From NCBI GenBank assembly GCA_964636085.1, contig CAZWPQ010000001.1, positions 69,744 to 133,743 of the forward strand: a stretch of DNA of 64,000 bases, written 5' to 3'. The position numbers were made by a program, and so were the translations under genes. The DNA is from an uncultured Nitrososphaerota archaeon. GTDB lineage: Archaea; Asgardarchaeota; Njordarchaeia; Njordarchaeales; Panguiarchaeaceae. Positions within the stretch are counted from its first letter, which is position 1, and every line of letters begins with the position of its first letter. Shown here piece after piece: positions 18,585 through 27,784 of the stretch. A model generated the notes under the pieces. That model saw only the letters and a list, made by a program, of their open reading frames with translations. It was not told where the DNA came from and searched no databases.

Positions 18585-19612
18585 AGGGATTCATCCAGTA
18601 TTAATAATTCCTTTATTTCAGTGGGGGCCAAGCCATAATATATGGATTCCGCTATAGCCTTTAGGTTTCTGTACTCAAATTCGAAAAGCCTAATGATTCC
18701 ATATACATATGTGAAATGTATTGGAAATTTGTGTAACATTGCAAGAATCTTGCGCATAATAATCCTCCCACCTAAACTCTTTGCTTTTATGTCAGACCCA
18801 ACAAGGTAATACTCGGCCACGTCCTTATAGGGTTCAGGCACCATTTTCATAATGACCTCAGTTTCTAGACCATAGGCTTTCTTAAGGCTCTCCAAACTAA
18901 CCTTGTACTCGTAAGGAATCAACATATCCCACGCAATACTGGGCGAGTATCCATAGAGCAGTGGTCCAATAGCTATCGCGATGTTTGTAATATCTATCTC
19001 GGTACCAATAATTTCGCCCAGACTATCCCTATCCTCTTCTTCTAAATGTTCAAGGGCTCTAATATACTTGATATAATACTGTCTACGTAATGCCATCTCT
19101 ATTATGTATATGGTTCTATACTTTTTCCACAAGTCGATATATGCCTTATCTATGTTAAATGGAGGATAAGCTAACTGGTCAACACAAGCATCTACTGTTT
19201 CTGCTTTTAGAAACCTTCCTATGTCCACTTTTGTAAAGGGAAGAACATAATAATCCCGCGACTTATGCTCTATCCCCGCCATTTTCTCCGAGATTACCTC
19301 TAAGACGCCATCAATATCGAATCGAAATAGGTGGGTTTCCATTAGGTCTCTAGCATTACCTGGCAGAACTTTAATAAACCGTTCTGCGATATCAGAAAAA
19401 TAACTTTTGAAGCCATTAACTAGGCTCTCTAATGTTACTTCTGCCAGCTGAACCATATAGTCCCTATACCGTGTCAATTGTAGAAAACCGACCAGTTCCT
19501 CCAAAGACTTGGAATTTATTAAGTCTCTCTTTATTGTCTCGAGGGGTATTAAGTATGTTCTATATGCATGGGCTCTCGTAGAGGCATATACTATATCTAT
19601 CTCATGCATCAC
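18581..19612 (-). CDS. atpC: A/V-type ATP synthase subunit C (d-type)
   Basis: 343-aa all-helical protein immediately downstream of the subunit D gene, with a 4-nt overlap. Size and position fit AtpC. Confidence 0.45.
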   Translation of the reverse strand: MMHEIDIVYASTRAHAYRTYLIPLETIKRDLINSKSLEELVGFLQLTRYRDYMVQLAEVTLESLVNGFKSYFSDIAERFIKVLPGNARDLMETHLFRFDIDGVLEVISEKMAGIEHKSRDYYVLPFTKVDIGRFLKAETVDACVDQLAYPPFNIDKAYIDLWKKYRTIYIIEMALRRQYYIKYIRALEHLEEEDRDSLGEIIGTEIDITNIAIAIGPLLYGYSPSIAWDMLIPYEYKVSLESLKKAYGLETEVIMKMVPEPYKDVAEYYLVGSDIKAKSLGGRIIMRKILAMLHKFPIHFTYVYGIIRLFEFEYRNLKAIAESIYYGLAPTEIKELLILDESL

Positions 19613-20241
19613 AATCCCTCCCCAACACCAGTAATTAGCACCCTCAAGGAAGATAACTCCGCAATGAAAAATTCAGACAACATAGACAACACATAAGATA
19701 TTTTTTCCTTTAAGCTAGGTATAACCACCTTATCCAACGTATTAACTATCCTATTAGTGACTTCAAGCTCCCTCAACAACAACTCTATCTTCACAAAAAT
19801 CGAGGCCAATCTCAGAATATCTGGAATAGACAATTTCAGCTTCTTCGCCAATGCTCTAATACCCTCTGGAAACCTATCCTTGAGCTCTGGAAACTCTTCT
19901 ACCTCAAATACAGGAACTAGAATACCTCTCTCCGAAATGTATCTTACGGATATTTTCAGCTTTCCTTTTTGGATCAATGCATAAATTCTCAAACTCCTAC
20001 CGTAGACTATAGCTGTCGCCAGTACAAACTTCATCAGCTCTATCAATTCTCTCTTTAGGAATAAAATTACCTCTTTCATCTCCTCAATAGTCTTTTTAAT
20101 CGCACTTTGAAGGGAGTCCCTCTTCTTCTCAAGAATTCTCTTAGAGAAATCAACTAGCCTAAGTTTTTTCCTTAGTTCCAATAAGAAAATTTTTGTAGGG
20201 AGTACATACTCAGAGCTCATACTACCTTCTCCCCCACCCAA
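19609..20241 (-). CDS. atpD: A/V-type ATP synthase subunit D
   Basis: …YVLPTKIFLLELRKKLRLVDFSKRILEKKRDSL… matches the subunit D N-terminal pattern (PTRMELLRLKRRLKLA…LLKDKRD). Confidence 0.55.
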   Translation of the reverse strand: MGGGEGSMSSEYVLPTKIFLLELRKKLRLVDFSKRILEKKRDSLQSAIKKTIEEMKEVILFLKRELIELMKFVLATAIVYGRSLRIYALIQKGKLKISVRYISERGILVPVFEVEEFPELKDRFPEGIRALAKKLKLSIPDILRLASIFVKIELLLRELEVTNRIVNTLDKVVIPSLKEKISYVLSMLSEFFIAELSSLRVLITGVGEGL

Positions 20242-20539
20242 AAATAATTACCGCTAGAACCAATGGCAACACGGAAGCTATCATCACCCCAACAATAATC
20301 ACCAAGATAGGATTCAACCTTATTTTTGTCATGAGTATTAGGTATATTCCTAACACCTGTATGGAAACTAATAATAGGAAATATGTGATGGCCAGTCTTA
20401 TGTTCCTTCTCTTGTATTCTTCCTCCTCCATAGATCCATAATTCCATGCTAATGCGAACTGCATGCCTATCCTTTCTTCATAACCTAAATGGTCTGAAGG
20501 CCCTGCCCCTACCAATATACCACTTAGTCGAGAATTCAT
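20222..20539 (-). CDS. small two-TM membrane protein between atpI and atpD
   Basis: Hydrophobic …ITYFLLLVSIQVLGIYLILM… and …ILVIIVGVMIASVLPLVLAVIIFGW…. The likely start is the internal Met at about 20464. It overlaps both neighbours. Confidence 0.35.
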   Translation of the reverse strand: MNSRLSGILVGAGPSDHLGYEERIGMQFALAWNYGSMEEEEYKRRNIRLAITYFLLLVSIQVLGIYLILMTKIRLNPILVIIVGVMIASVLPLVLAVIIFGWGRR

Positions 20540-22406
20540 AGAATAGCAACCTCAGAGCCTGTAATGATACAACCAATAACTCTAGTGTCAATACTAGAAA
20601 ATTCATACCCAACAACATTCCATAATAGACCACTGTACCCATATTTTTCATTACCTCCACTACCAGTGCGAACGCTGCATGACCTATCAAGAAACCAGCT
20701 AGCCTAGTAAATGATAGTGTATTTGCGATCATAGATAGTAACATTTCTATAAGAGAAGGCAATTTATCACCCAAATTCTTCTCGATTATTCCTCCAACCA
20801 AAAATAGTACTATGCCCGCCAACAATACGTAAAAAGGCCAACTATCAACCAGCGCGAGAGGATTAAATACCGCCATTCCCTTCCTAGGAAATACTAAGGA
20901 AACTTTTATACCAGCAATCTCAAATGGACGCAGAAGCGTAATCCCTATGAAATATAGACCAGTCAAAATAAGTCCTAGGTACATAGCTAGTCCTGGGATG
21001 CCCCATTCTCCAAATATTGCCTCTTTGTATTCTCCATGTTTTATACTCCGATACATAAATAGGAAACATGCCAACACAATTTCTATAATCCCTATCAACA
21101 GCGCGTACTTTATCACCCAAGATACACTGGCTCTATCCTCCAGCCAATGTTCAACAAGACCAGGCATAAGCGGAGGATATATTTCTACAAGGAAAAACTC
21201 GCCGTATAGCAATCCAAAAAACGTTGATGATAACCCTACCGTTATGAATAGATTGCCAAGCTTTTTACCAGAGAAACCAAAAACTTCTCTTTTCCTATAG
21301 AATATAATACCCATCAATATTATCGCTAGACCTTGTCCAATATCAGGGAACATGAATCCAAACATAAATGCCCACATAATGCCTGCAAGGAACCATGGGA
21401 AGATATCCTCTCTCGTAGGATAGCCCATCTGTAAGAACAAAGATTGCCATGATGGCACAACTTTTCCTGGCTTTATAGGAGTAGGTGTTTCTTCTCTTCT
21501 CCCCGGTTTTTCCTTTAATATTGAGACTGTAATCCCCTTAAGCTTCTTAATCGCCTCCTCTAGGTGAATAATTTTGTCTTCAGGTACCCAACATTGGAGA
21601 AATGCTATATATTCTCCTTTCAATGAGTAGGTCCTAGCTTTTAGGAACTTATTGAGAATCAATGCCTTCCTGTATAGCCTTGCAAGCTTTATCGTAGCGT
21701 CTTTTATTATCCTATCACGTTGGTTTTTGATCCTTTTAGTTGTTGACTCCAATTCCAAAATTCTGTTCCTTACTGCCTCTATTATTGAGGTTTTATCTGT
21801 TTCAAGTTTGGGTATATCTATCACTCTATAATCTATTTTCGAGATAATCAGCCTAATAATATTCCATATTTCATCGTTCTTAACCGACATGTAGAAGATA
21901 GTATTATCGCCGTAGGAAGCAACAATGTACTCTACACCTATGTTATCAAGCATGGCTTTTATATAGTCCTCATTCAATCTATCAACCATAATGGCTTTTC
22001 CTCCCTCCCTATATATACTCTCCGCCTTCGGAGATGCACGAAGTATACATTCAAAAATGCGAAGATTCTCCAATTCTTTCGTCAGCGTAGCCAATGCGGC
22101 TATCTCTGATAAGCTCTTTTCCAAATTATTATACTCGCCTAGTAGTTCCTCATATCTATATCTTCTTATCTCAACTTCCCTAGAAACATCACTAACATAT
22201 TTTTTAAGATCAATACCAAATTTTCCAGCCAATTTCTCCATCTTATCTATCAGCAGTATAACATATCGTGTTTCCTCTGGAACCTCCCTTCTGAACCCCA
22301 TGACTTCTTCTGGTACAATGAACTCCACACATCCTAATTTACCTATTAGCAATATTAAATCCTCCTCATACTCCTTGGGATACATTATCGTTAATTTTTT
22401 AAGCAC
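20478..22406 (-). CDS. atpI: A/V-type ATP synthase subunit I (a-type, membrane)
   Basis: 642 aa with a soluble coiled N-terminal half and a polytopic C-terminal half ending …LQALRLLFYEFSTKWYIGRGRAF. This carries the conserved stator Arg region. Confidence 0.75.
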   Translation of the reverse strand: MLKKLTIMYPKEYEEDLILLIGKLGCVEFIVPEEVMGFRREVPEETRYVILLIDKMEKLAGKFGIDLKKYVSDVSREVEIRRYRYEELLGEYNNLEKSLSEIAALATLTKELENLRIFECILRASPKAESIYREGGKAIMVDRLNEDYIKAMLDNIGVEYIVASYGDNTIFYMSVKNDEIWNIIRLIISKIDYRVIDIPKLETDKTSIIEAVRNRILELESTTKRIKNQRDRIIKDATIKLARLYRKALILNKFLKARTYSLKGEYIAFLQCWVPEDKIIHLEEAIKKLKGITVSILKEKPGRREETPTPIKPGKVVPSWQSLFLQMGYPTREDIFPWFLAGIMWAFMFGFMFPDIGQGLAIILMGIIFYRKREVFGFSGKKLGNLFITVGLSSTFFGLLYGEFFLVEIYPPLMPGLVEHWLEDRASVSWVIKYALLIGIIEIVLACFLFMYRSIKHGEYKEAIFGEWGIPGLAMYLGLILTGLYFIGITLLRPFEIAGIKVSLVFPRKGMAVFNPLALVDSWPFYVLLAGIVLFLVGGIIEKNLGDKLPSLIEMLLSMIANTLSFTRLAGFLIGHAAFALVVEVMKNMGTVVYYGMLLGMNFLVLTLELLVVSLQALRLLFYEFSTKWYIGRGRAFRPFRL

Positions 22407-22470
22407 CCCAATATCCCTCCTAGTAACTTAATTCTCCCATCTATATACAAAACATATTTTATAACCCGTT

Positions 22471-22480
22471 TAACTATATA
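22471..22480 (+). promoter_or_regulatory. putative TATA box (taactatata) about 25 nt upstream of the atpK ATG at 22496
   Basis: AT-rich TATA-like octamer at the expected archaeal promoter distance, in the 74-nt divergent atpI/atpK intergenic region. Confidence 0.3.
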
Positions 22481-22804
22481 TTGCGAGGGATCAGAATGAA
22501 AGTACGACATTTAATGTTACTCTCCATGATCTTAGCGATATCTATGTTCGTCTGTGGCCTCTCAGCACAAGAAACGGAAGGGAGATCTACAAGCGACACT
22601 AGTGGACTGAAGTACATAGGTGCTGCACTAAGCGTAGGGCTGAGCTGCATTGGTGCAAGTTACGCCGTAGCCAAATCTGGTACTGCCGCTATGGGAGCGC
22701 TTACAGAGAAGCCAGAACTGTTTGGGAAGATAATAGCTATAGTTGGTCTGGCAGAGGGGATAGCCATCTACGGATTGCTAATAGCAATACTAATCGTTAT
22801 CTAG
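22481..22804 (+). CDS. atpK: A/V-type ATP synthase proteolipid subunit K (c)
   Basis: …GAALSVGLSCIGASYAVAKSGTAAMGA…IVGLAEGIAIYGLLIAILIV has the Gly-rich helix and the conserved Glu in helix 2. The track start is TTG. ATG at 22496 is the likely start. The N-terminal hydrophobic leader is unusual. Confidence 0.7.
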   Translation: MRGIRMKVRHLMLLSMILAISMFVCGLSAQETEGRSTSDTSGLKYIGAALSVGLSCIGASYAVAKSGTAAMGALTEKPELFGKIIAIVGLAEGIAIYGLLIAILIVI

Positions 22805-22818
22805 ACAAAAATTGTGGC

Positions 22819-23445
22819 TTAATCTTCATGTGTTTTTTTCCAAAGCCATATCCCATCATAGAAAACTCTTATATCTTTTCTATATCTACCTCTTAATTTA
22901 CATACATTCTCTAGAGCAGAACTTGTAAGCGAGACAGCCTCTATATCGCATCCTTTTATGTAGACCAAATCGGGAATCTCTGAATTTGGTTGATTTTCTA
23001 CTTCTATTTCTACATCACCAAAAATTGGCACTCTTAATGTATCCCTTCGCCCATAAAAACCTTTGATTAGTATCTGCTTGTTCTCTTTATCGACCTCAAT
23101 TCTCATTGGGAAATGTCTATATACTACTTTATGCACGTACACAAAACGTTTTTGAACCCCCTCTATCATTCTCCTTATCTTTGTTGTAGTGGTACCTAGG
23201 AACTTTGTTTCCTTCCTTTTATGAGCGCTACAGGCGATATACAATTTATTGCCATCTCGGATTATATATACTGGCATATGGCTAAAGTCTTTTTCGACGG
23301 ATCCTTTGGGTCCGGATACCCTAACTACCTTGCCTCTAACTTCTACATCCACGTTTTCTGGTATTTCTATCTCCTCATATTCAATACCAGTAGCACCACT
23401 TCTTATTGCCTCTAAAACCGCCTTCTCGCCTATCAGCAATTCCAT
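22819..23445 (-). CDS. rpl6: 50S ribosomal protein L6 (uL6)
   Basis: …IEIPENVDVEVRGKVVRVSGPKGSVEKDFSH… is the canonical L6 N-terminal domain. The start is probably downstream of the track start. Confidence 0.7.
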   Translation of the reverse strand: MELLIGEKAVLEAIRSGATGIEYEEIEIPENVDVEVRGKVVRVSGPKGSVEKDFSHMPVYIIRDGNKLYIACSAHKRKETKFLGTTTTKIRRMIEGVQKRFVYVHKVVYRHFPMRIEVDKENKQILIKGFYGRRDTLRVPIFGDVEIEVENQPNSEIPDLVYIKGCDIEAVSLTSSALENVCKLRGRYRKDIRVFYDGIWLWKKTHED

Positions 23446-23464
23446 ACCCCCTCACCATGAATAG

Positions 23465-23857
23465 CTAATATACGTATGCCACTAATCTACCACCAATTTT
23501 CTCCTTTTTGCACTCAATATGCGTTTTAACTCCTCTTGGCGTCGAAATTATAAGCAGACCCATTGTATATGCTGGTAAAAAATGCCTTTCCCACTTTTCT
23601 ATCTCCCTCCATGTTGTTGCATATCTAGGTTTTATCACACCAATCTCATGAATTTTCCCTGCGAGTTCAACCCTTATGAACTCTTTCTTGTTTAGAATCA
23701 TTGGCTTGAAATCCTTTATATATCCATGCTCTTTAAGGATCATCAATACAGCTTTTATTAGCTTATTAGCTGGAAATATGTAGACCTTACTTTTGCCAAC
23801 CATTTCAGCATTCTTAATTGATGATAAAGCATTAGCAAGCGGATCCAATAGTACCAT
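23465..23857 (-). CDS. rps8: 30S ribosomal protein S8 (uS8)
   Basis: MVLLDPLANALSSIKNAEMVGK… and …GGRLVAYVY are both diagnostic of S8. Confidence 0.85.
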   Translation of the reverse strand: MVLLDPLANALSSIKNAEMVGKSKVYIFPANKLIKAVLMILKEHGYIKDFKPMILNKKEFIRVELAGKIHEIGVIKPRYATTWREIEKWERHFLPAYTMGLLIISTPRGVKTHIECKKEKIGGRLVAYVY

Positions 23858-23863
23858 ATCGTA

Positions 23864-24127
23864 TCAGCTCCTATGAATGGAGGATTTCTTAAAACCAATT
23901 AGACTATATACCTCCCTAAAACATCGTCGGCATATATATAGCCCGTACTTCCTAATGACGGCTTTTACAGTTCCACATCTTATACATGGCCTCGCACGCT
24001 TTGATTTTTTATCATATAACGCCTTCCTTATCTTGTATAGTCGCTTGAGTCTTGATCCCCTAAGGGAAAGTTGCTGTACCTCGCTCATTAGTCCACCCCT
24101 GCGAAGGATCTTCACTAAAATTGACAA
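23864..24127 (-). CDS. rps14: 30S ribosomal protein S14 (uS14, zinc-binding type)
   Basis: …KSKRARPCIRCGTVKAVIRKYGLYICRRCFREVYSLIGFKK has the CxxC…CxxC S14 zinc ribbon. The N-terminus in the track is probably overextended. Confidence 0.7.
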   Translation of the reverse strand: MSILVKILRRGGLMSEVQQLSLRGSRLKRLYKIRKALYDKKSKRARPCIRCGTVKAVIRKYGLYICRRCFREVYSLIGFKKSSIHRS

Positions 24128-24173
24128 TTTAATTTATTTATGATTAAAAATCTTAAATCTTAACCAGCATGGT

Positions 24174-25205
24174 CTAAAACTCTACTCCCACTTCATTAGC
24201 TAATTTGATTAGTTCTTTCTTCGTCATTAAGTAGATGCCATACTTCGCCAACATCTCCCGCACATTCTTTTCCTCTACACCACTAAAGCCAATGAATATT
24301 AATGCATGCAAATCAACCTTATTCTCCGACAGGAATCTATCCACGGAGCTCTTGAACTCATCTATTCTTTTTACATTAGCCGTACCAAGAGTTGCATATA
24401 TAAAAGTAGTCTTACCGTCACTATGTGTACAGACAGCATCAATACGTTGTCCAGGCATTATTAGTGAGTATACTTCAACTACTGGCAATAGCTTTAACTC
24501 TCTTCCCTGGGCATCCTTTACCATTATTTCCTTATTTACTCTTTCCAGTATTTTACATATTAATGATCTAAACCTAGCTTGGGACATCATACCTAAGTTT
24601 CTAGCAATTTTTACTGATAGTTTTCTCATAACCTCGTCTATCCGTCCATCTATGGTCGCATTATATGTTAATACACCATCAGGCGTAGAACATATGACCC
24701 CCCCTATCACATCAACTTTGTCGCCTATTGTTAGTGTTATCTTTTTGCCTAGATCCTCCTCAAGCCTTGACTCTAGTTCTGCTTTATGTGTTTTAATAAA
24801 CTCTAGGTCCCTACCGTTGGCATATACAACAACTTTTTCTTGGGCGGTCTCAGAAACTGCCTCCCTTAGTAGCGAGTATAGAATTTTTGTATAATCCCAC
24901 CGCCTATCCTTGCCATGTATTATATCCTGAATTCTCCTTATCAGTATTGTCCTAAGCTGTTTTAATTTCGCCTCTTTTAGCTTTATTTTATCCTCGATAA
25001 GTCTTCTCTTTTTCTCATCGATCATTTTGTTTAGCATTGTCTCCCTTATTATTCTTGCCTCTTTTTCGGCGATTTCGTATGCTTTTCTTTCTGCCTCCTT
25101 AACTATTTTTTCGGCCTCTCTTCGTGCATTATCCAGTATTTCCTGTACTTGTTTTTCACCCTCCCTCATTATAGTCTCTATTAGGGCCTCATATTCACTC
25201 AACAA
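24174..25205 (-). CDS. atpE: A/V-type ATP synthase subunit E fused in frame to an unknown ~140-aa C-terminal domain
   Basis: The first ~205 aa (MREGEKQVQEILDNARREAEKIVKEAERKAYEIAEKEARI…NATIDGRIDEVMRKLSVKIARNLG) match subunit E. The frame continues without a stop into MMSQARFRSLICKILERVNKE…LANEVGVEF. Confidence 0.55.
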   Translation of the reverse strand: MLSEYEALIETIMREGEKQVQEILDNARREAEKIVKEAERKAYEIAEKEARIIRETMLNKMIDEKKRRLIEDKIKLKEAKLKQLRTILIRRIQDIIHGKDRRWDYTKILYSLLREAVSETAQEKVVVYANGRDLEFIKTHKAELESRLEEDLGKKITLTIGDKVDVIGGVICSTPDGVLTYNATIDGRIDEVMRKLSVKIARNLGMMSQARFRSLICKILERVNKEIMVKDAQGRELKLLPVVEVYSLIMPGQRIDAVCTHSDGKTTFIYATLGTANVKRIDEFKSSVDRFLSENKVDLHALIFIGFSGVEEKNVREMLAKYGIYLMTKKELIKLANEVGVEF

Positions 25206-25500
25206 CTATCACCCCCAATATTTCTTCGGCTAATTCCTCTATTTCCTCATCTGAGATCAAACTTAATCTCTCTAGTTCCTCGTCGTCCTCGGCTTCTTCA
25301 CGCCATTCCATCTCGATTTTTTTCTTGTATTCCTCCACCAACTTCTGCTTTATTCGCTCGATATTTTCCTCACTAAGAATTTCATTAGCACGAGCTCGTG
25401 CTTTTTCAATAATACTTTCCGCCTCTTTTTTGGCTTTTTGGATTCGCTCTCGAACATCCTTTTCTATCATTGCTATTTTTACAACTGCGCCTATGCTCAC
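25195..25500 (-). CDS. atpH: A/V-type ATP synthase subunit H
   Basis: 101-aa Lys/Glu-rich coiled-coil protein immediately upstream of atpE, overlapping it by 11 nt. Confidence 0.5.
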   Translation of the reverse strand: MSIGAVVKIAMIEKDVRERIQKAKKEAESIIEKARARANEILSEENIERIKQKLVEEYKKKIEMEWREEAEDDEELERLSLISDEEIEELAEEILGVIVVE

Positions 25501-25676
25501 TATACTGCACCATTAACATCCTCAATAATCAGAAAAACATAGGATTTAAACTGTTTGTATAAAAGTTAATTTTAACTACACCTTCAAATAACCTCAGTAC
25601 TCTCGGATACAGTTTGTGAATTATTAGAGTTTCTTTGTACTATATCTTAGGATATCGGTCTATGATGGGATGAATA

Positions 25677-26180
25677 TTGACCAAATTCATAGTTGATGAG
25701 ATGCTTGGGAATATAGCTAGATGGCTTAGGATACTTGGCTTTGATACTCTTGCTGCCTCTGAATTACGAGAACACCCAAACGAGGATATCGATACAAAAA
25801 TTCTGTTAATAGCACTTGATACTGGCAGAGTATTAGTAACTTCTGACATGGAATTGATAAAAAGAGCGAGGAACCTAGGCGTTAAAGTCATCCATGTCGA
25901 TAATAAAGAAGGAGAAACTTGTATAGTCTTGAAAAAAATACTTACGAGTCTTAATGCTATGGATGAAGCTAGAAACAATAAGATGACTAGATGCCCAATC
26001 TGCAATGGTTTGCTCCGCCACGCCAGCAGAAATGAAGCAAAAGGCCAAGTCCCTCAAAGGGTATACGAAACAACAAATAAATTCTGGGTCTGTACAAAAT
26101 GTAATAAGTTTTATTGGATTGGATCGCATTTTAGAAACATTAGAAAAGTACTGACTTGTGTTTTGGGAGAGGATGATTAA
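25677..26180 (+). CDS. Mut7-C RNase-domain protein (DUF82) with C-terminal zinc ribbon
   Basis: MTKFIVDEMLGNIARWLRILGFD… is the Mut7-C signature. It is followed by a CPICNG…CTKCNK zinc ribbon. Confidence 0.6.
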   Translation: MTKFIVDEMLGNIARWLRILGFDTLAASELREHPNEDIDTKILLIALDTGRVLVTSDMELIKRARNLGVKVIHVDNKEGETCIVLKKILTSLNAMDEARNNKMTRCPICNGLLRHASRNEAKGQVPQRVYETTNKFWVCTKCNKFYWIGSHFRNIRKVLTCVLGEDD

Positions 26181-26182
26181 GT

Positions 26183-26986
26183 ATGGGGCTCCAATATTAC
26201 ATAGGCTGCTCTGGCTGGTGGTACAAGGATTGGGATGAGAGATTTTATCCCACAGGGTTATCGGAAAGTAAACGTTTGCCATTTTATTCTAAATACTTCA
26301 ACACAACGGAAGTCAATGTTACATTCTACAGAGTACCTCCCCGATCAACAGTTGAGAGTTGGGTTCGTCGCACCCCTAAAAATTTTATCTTTAGTGTTAA
26401 GATTCCCAAAGAAATTACACATGGAACACACATGCTATACGCTGAAAGACTAATCAATAAATTCCTCGATACGATAAACCCTCTGCAGAAGCATAACAAA
26501 CTTGGTGCACTTCTCTTTCAGCTTCCTCCCGATTTTACCAAAACTAGAGGAACTTTTCAAAGACTTAAGGATTTCATAGATAAGCTACCAAAAACATATG
26601 AATATTCAGTAGAATTCCGTCACAAAAGCTGGTTATCGGATGAGGTTTTTAAATTACTTGAGGAATATGAAATCGCATATGTTATAGTTGATGAGCCATT
26701 ATTACCACCCATTGTTAAAGTAACAGCTGATTTTGCATATATACGGTTTCACGGACACGGTAGAAAGGTTTGGTACTATTATAACTACACACGACAACAA
26801 CTAGAAAAATGGTGCGGGATTATTAGGAAAGAAATAGAGCCATCCGTCTCCAGGCTTTATATATACTTCAATAATCACTTTAGAGCTTTTGCACCCAAGA
26901 ACGCCCAAGAATTCATCCAATTACTTGGCATAAGTAGAAGGGAGATGGGGCTAAAACCTATACAGAGATCCCTCGAGGAATATTAG
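26183..26986 (+). CDS. DUF72 (YecE-like) family protein
   Basis: YIGCSGWWYKDWDERFYP…FYRVPP… matches the DUF72 N-terminal signature. Confidence 0.6.
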   Translation: MGLQYYIGCSGWWYKDWDERFYPTGLSESKRLPFYSKYFNTTEVNVTFYRVPPRSTVESWVRRTPKNFIFSVKIPKEITHGTHMLYAERLINKFLDTINPLQKHNKLGALLFQLPPDFTKTRGTFQRLKDFIDKLPKTYEYSVEFRHKSWLSDEVFKLLEEYEIAYVIVDEPLLPPIVKVTADFAYIRFHGHGRKVWYYYNYTRQQLEKWCGIIRKEIEPSVSRLYIYFNNHFRAFAPKNAQEFIQLLGISRREMGLKPIQRSLEEY

Positions 26987-27624
26987 GACTTGGATTCTTT
27001 TTTCTTTTCTTTACTCTCCCTCCTTCTTTCCAGCCTAAATGCTAGTTTAAATGGTGTTAGCATATTCATAATCGCTGCCTTAATAGCCATTAGAGTAGTT
27101 TGCCCCGCCATGGGCATCATGAGATAGCCTATCGGTGAAACTTTCTTCTCTGGCTCGGCATATATGCCAACAACTCTCATTTTTTGCTTACATGAATCAC
27201 ATTCTTCATCTACAATGTCACCTACAAATTCGTTGGGTTTTCTCTCCCTTATAAAGATGAATCCACACTTAGGACATTCTAGCTTGGAGTAGAAAGTATA
27301 TCTTCCAGCACCTGGGCTCAGCATCCTTGACGCTTCACGTCTCAATGCTACCCCATACCTTGTAAAGCTAATACCTAAGAACATCAATAGGAATGTTACC
27401 CAAAATACTGTCTTCGAGCTTATTTGTTTAGCTAATGCTGAATCTGGCCCCATATAAAGCCCATACATAACCAATCCAAGGGGAGCTAAAAATATGACTG
27501 TTCCTATAACCACTAGAATTAACCCTAACTTTTTCTTTGATCTGATCAGGTTATTGAAGTACTTCATATCGTCCGCAAATATCCTATCTACTATGTCTTC
27601 TACATTCATATCCATAGTCATCAT
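26983..27624 (-). CDS. membrane protein with C-terminal CxxC zinc-ribbon domain
   Basis: Two TM helices, then ECPKCGF…CDSCKQK, then a Lys/Glu-rich tail. Confidence 0.4.
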   Translation of the reverse strand: MMTMDMNVEDIVDRIFADDMKYFNNLIRSKKKLGLILVVIGTVIFLAPLGLVMYGLYMGPDSALAKQISSKTVFWVTFLLMFLGISFTRYGVALRREASRMLSPGAGRYTFYSKLECPKCGFIFIRERKPNEFVGDIVDEECDSCKQKMRVVGIYAEPEKKVSPIGYLMMPMAGQTTLMAIKAAIMNMLTPFKLAFRLERRRESKEKKKESKS

Positions 27625-27784
27625 CTCTCAACAAATAATAAAATCCTATACAACACTAATAAAAAATCAGAAACCATGGATCAAGTACATGCACATGAAT
27701 ACTCATTCTACACATGTACTTTAATATTAATTATCTTATTTGGATAATCTTTTTTTGTGAACCCGATGTACACTAATTAAATTA

